Source of the DNA: Eledone cirrhosa
Taxonomy: Eukaryota
Length of the DNA: 64,000 bases
Direction: 5' to 3'
NCBI GenBank assembly: GCA_964016885.1
Contig: OZ024743.1
Span: 196,726,001 to 196,790,000 of the forward strand
Part shown: piece by piece, positions 61,282 through 64,000 of the stretch
How positions within the stretch are numbered: the first letter of the stretch is position 1
Layout: every line of letters begins with the position of its first letter
Position numbers and translations under genes: made by a program
Notes under the pieces: generated by a model
What the model saw: only the letters and a program-made list of their open reading frames with translations
What the model was told of the DNA's origin: nothing
Database searches by the model: none

Positions 61282-61635
61282 CGATATTAAACAAATGGAA
61301 ACTATATTTATAAAACCATATTTATTTCATTATACATATTTCAGGGATACCATATTAAAAATATGGCATGCCTTCTTCAGATAAAATACAATATATAAGC
61401 AGTTTTATAAATAAATTTGACGTGTACCATAGAATTTTGAACAACTTCCATTTAAAAAAGTTGGTTTGGTAGTTAATATGGTATCCCTGAAATTTGTATA
61501 ATGAAATAAATATGGTTTTATAAATATAGTTTCCATTTGTTTAATATCGTATATCTACTCCAAAACTTGTTGAGTGCTTTATATCAGTTATAAAATATTT
61601 ACTCGTTGTAACCCAACAATTTTAAATAAAACTTT
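61281..61635. mobile_element. Fold-back pseudo-LTR insertion, HHR at 61325-61385 (minus)
   Basis: 61281-61357 is the reverse complement of 61474-61551; CTGAAGA..GAAATATGTATA ATGAA. Confidence 0.75.
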
Positions 61636-61663
61636 TGCATGTATATATATATATGTATTTTTC

Positions 61664-62302
61664 TAGGTAAAATTCCCGAGATCCATGGACGAGTTCTCTC
61701 CAGCGCTGCCATGTCCTGCGTCTCCACAGACCAGTGTCTGTTCTTAGGGCATCAACATACGTTAACCTTGGTCTTCCTCTTCCAGTGTGTCCATGTAGGG
61801 GCTCCCACAGGAGCACTGAGTACAATGTCAACTCTGGATGTCGGCGAGCATGTCCAGCTAACCTCAGTCTCCTCTGTGTCACTTTTGAGCTGACTTTTGG
61901 GAGGCTTCCATACAGCTCTGAGTTTTTCATCCTCAGTGTATACTGATTAATGTTCAGAGCCATCCTCAGCATTCTCGTGTAGCACCCATCTACCATCTGA
62001 GTGAGTTTCTTGGTCAGTGTCCAAGTCTCAGACCCGTACAGCAGCACAGACTCCACTACAGCAATGAAGAGGCGGATCTTCAGGTCTTTACGAAGGTCCG
62101 ACTTCCACAACTCACAAACTGTGGCACACCGCTCAGGCCTTGCTCTTCCTCTCAACCACATCATCTTCCGCATTTCCAATCTTTGTTCCCAAATACAGGA
62201 AACCCTCAATCAATTCTAGCGGCTTCTCGCCTACATTAGTGATCCCCTCTGACTTCTCAACATTCTCTACCAGATATTTTGTTTTAGTCTCATTCATCCC
62301 CA
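61664..62302 (-). mobile_element. RTE LINE 3' portion, inverted
   Basis: Same family as 2540-3190, on the minus strand. Confidence 0.9.
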
Positions 62303-64000
62303 CATTGGCAGTGAGGAACATGACCAATGCTGCAGTAGGAGGAGTGGGTTTTGTTTTCAGCACAAAATCAGTCTATTGGTGAGGGAAATAATACCTGTCT
62401 CCCCACGAGTGTTGAGGGTGACCTTCAATGGAAACCCAAGACTGACAGTCATCTCAGCCTATAGTCCAACCGAGGGAGACTGTGATGTGAGTGCGGAAGA
62501 GTTCCTTGAGGAGGTGTGTAGAGCTGTCAACACCACACAATCACACCACATCCTGCTTGTTTTGGGGGACTTCAATGCACATCTGAGAAAGGAGGGCAGT
62601 GAAGATCCTTTCTGGTACTTCCATAACAACACCAACCGAAATGGAAGACTACTGAGAGACACCCTGCTGGAGGCGAACTTGATAGTGACCAACCTAAGGT
62701 TTAGGAAGAATCCAGGGAAGATGTGGACCTACATCTCAGATATGCACCTGTCCAAGTCCCAGATTGATTTCATTCTGGTGAGGAAAAAGTGGCGGAATAG
62801 TGTTCTGAACACAGAACCATACAACTATTTCAGTACACTGGGTAGTGACCACAGGCTTGTTATGAGTGAGGTCCGGGTGAGCTTAAGAAAAAGCAAGGCT
62901 CAGCCCCGGAGAGCAATCTATGACTGGGGAGATTTCAAGGAAGATGATAAGCTACAGGAGAGGTTCACAGTGGAAGTGAGGAACTGGTTCAGTGCTCTGT
63001 GTGGAGAGACAGAGGAGAGAGAGATTGGATGGACTGAGGAGAGTGTGACAAGGAGGTATGGGCACTTCACCAATGCAGTGGCGGAAGCAAGTGAGACCCT
63101 GGTGCCGAGGAGAAAGAACAAAAAGAAGCACGTCAGCTCTGCAGACCCCAAAGTGTGTGCAGCCAGAGAACACCTGAAAGTTGCCAAGGACCAATTCTAT
63201 GCTGATCCTACAGAGGAGAGGATGGAGACTGTGGAGGTGATGATGGAAGAACTCTGTACCGCTTACACTGAGGCCGGAGAGGAGGCACTGATAGAGAAGA
63301 TCAGAAGTGTGGAGAGAGCGGTTGATAGGTCTGGATGTAAGGAGAGCTGGATGATCATCAACGAGATCACAGGGAGGAAGAGAAGGTGTTCGATTCAGAT
63401 CCAGGGAACGGGGCCCGAGGATAGGAAGAGGAAATGGCTAGACCATTTTAGGACCCTACTAGGAGAGCAGCCCTCCACAGTCCAGAGCACTGGGGAGATC
63501 AGGCGGCTGTTAGAAGAACTGGATATTGAGACAGAGCCCTTCACCAGAGAGGAGCTTCAGAGAGCCAAGAAGAAGATCAAGGAGGGCAAGGCTCATGGAG
63601 AAAATGGAGTGGCATCAGAGGTGATGAAGAGGTGTGATTTTGATGATATCATCCCGGGGTTCTGTAACCAGGCACTGGAGAAAGGAGTTGCCCCGAATCA
63701 GTGGAGGATTAGTAACATCGTCCCAGTGCCAAAGCAGGGAGATTTCTTTAACACCAACAACTACAGAGGGGGGGGTCTCGCTGACGTCACTTATGGCAAA
63801 GATCCACAACAGGAGGATTCTTAACAGGATCCAGCTCGAGTTGGATAAGAAGCTCAGGGACAACCAGAACGGTTTCAGAGAGGGAAGATCAACCACCAGT
63901 CACATCCTGATGCTGAGGAGGATATTAGAGGGAACTAGAGCAAAGTGCCTTCCTGCGGTCATGGTGGTTTTCATTGACTTTAGGTAGGCCTTTGATTCTG
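62303..64000 (+). mobile_element. RTE LINE APE endonuclease + start of RT, frameshifted, runs off the window
   Basis: GGVGF, ISAYSPT, LGDFNAH, QIDFILV, GSDHRLV, IVPVPK, NYRG, QNGFREGRST, VFIDF. Confidence 0.92.

Overview
Eukaryotic, AT-rich window made almost entirely of repeats; I see no host protein-coding gene. The SINE families and the extreme (TA)n content suggest an octopod cephalopod (inference). Long (TA)n microsatellites act as landing sites for Penelope-like elements (PLEs: RT + GIY-YIG), RTE and CR1/L2-group LINE fragments, tRNA-derived SINEs and one apparently full-length but decayed Helitron (about 25515-32002). The non-coding layer is the most interesting part. About a dozen distinct families of small elements or PLE pseudo-LTRs carry hammerhead ribozyme (HHR) motifs. 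These include a 559-bp retrozyme-like tandem/inverted array, U3-A8 core variants and HHRs with expanded stems. The best candidate for a new system is a ~530-bp repeat family (copies at 12.2, 21.2, 57.1, 57.6 and 58.3 kb). It contains all hammerhead core nucleotides, but its three strands are in a non-circularly permuted order (NUH strand, then GAAA strand, then CUGANGA strand), held by extra pseudoknot helices. Copies show base-pair covariation, and one insertion begins exactly at the predicted cleavage site. Many insertions also share a head-to-head 'long arm/short arm' inverted architecture. All RNA folds were made by eye and no catalytic activity is demonstrated; coordinates of element ends are approximate to a few bases.
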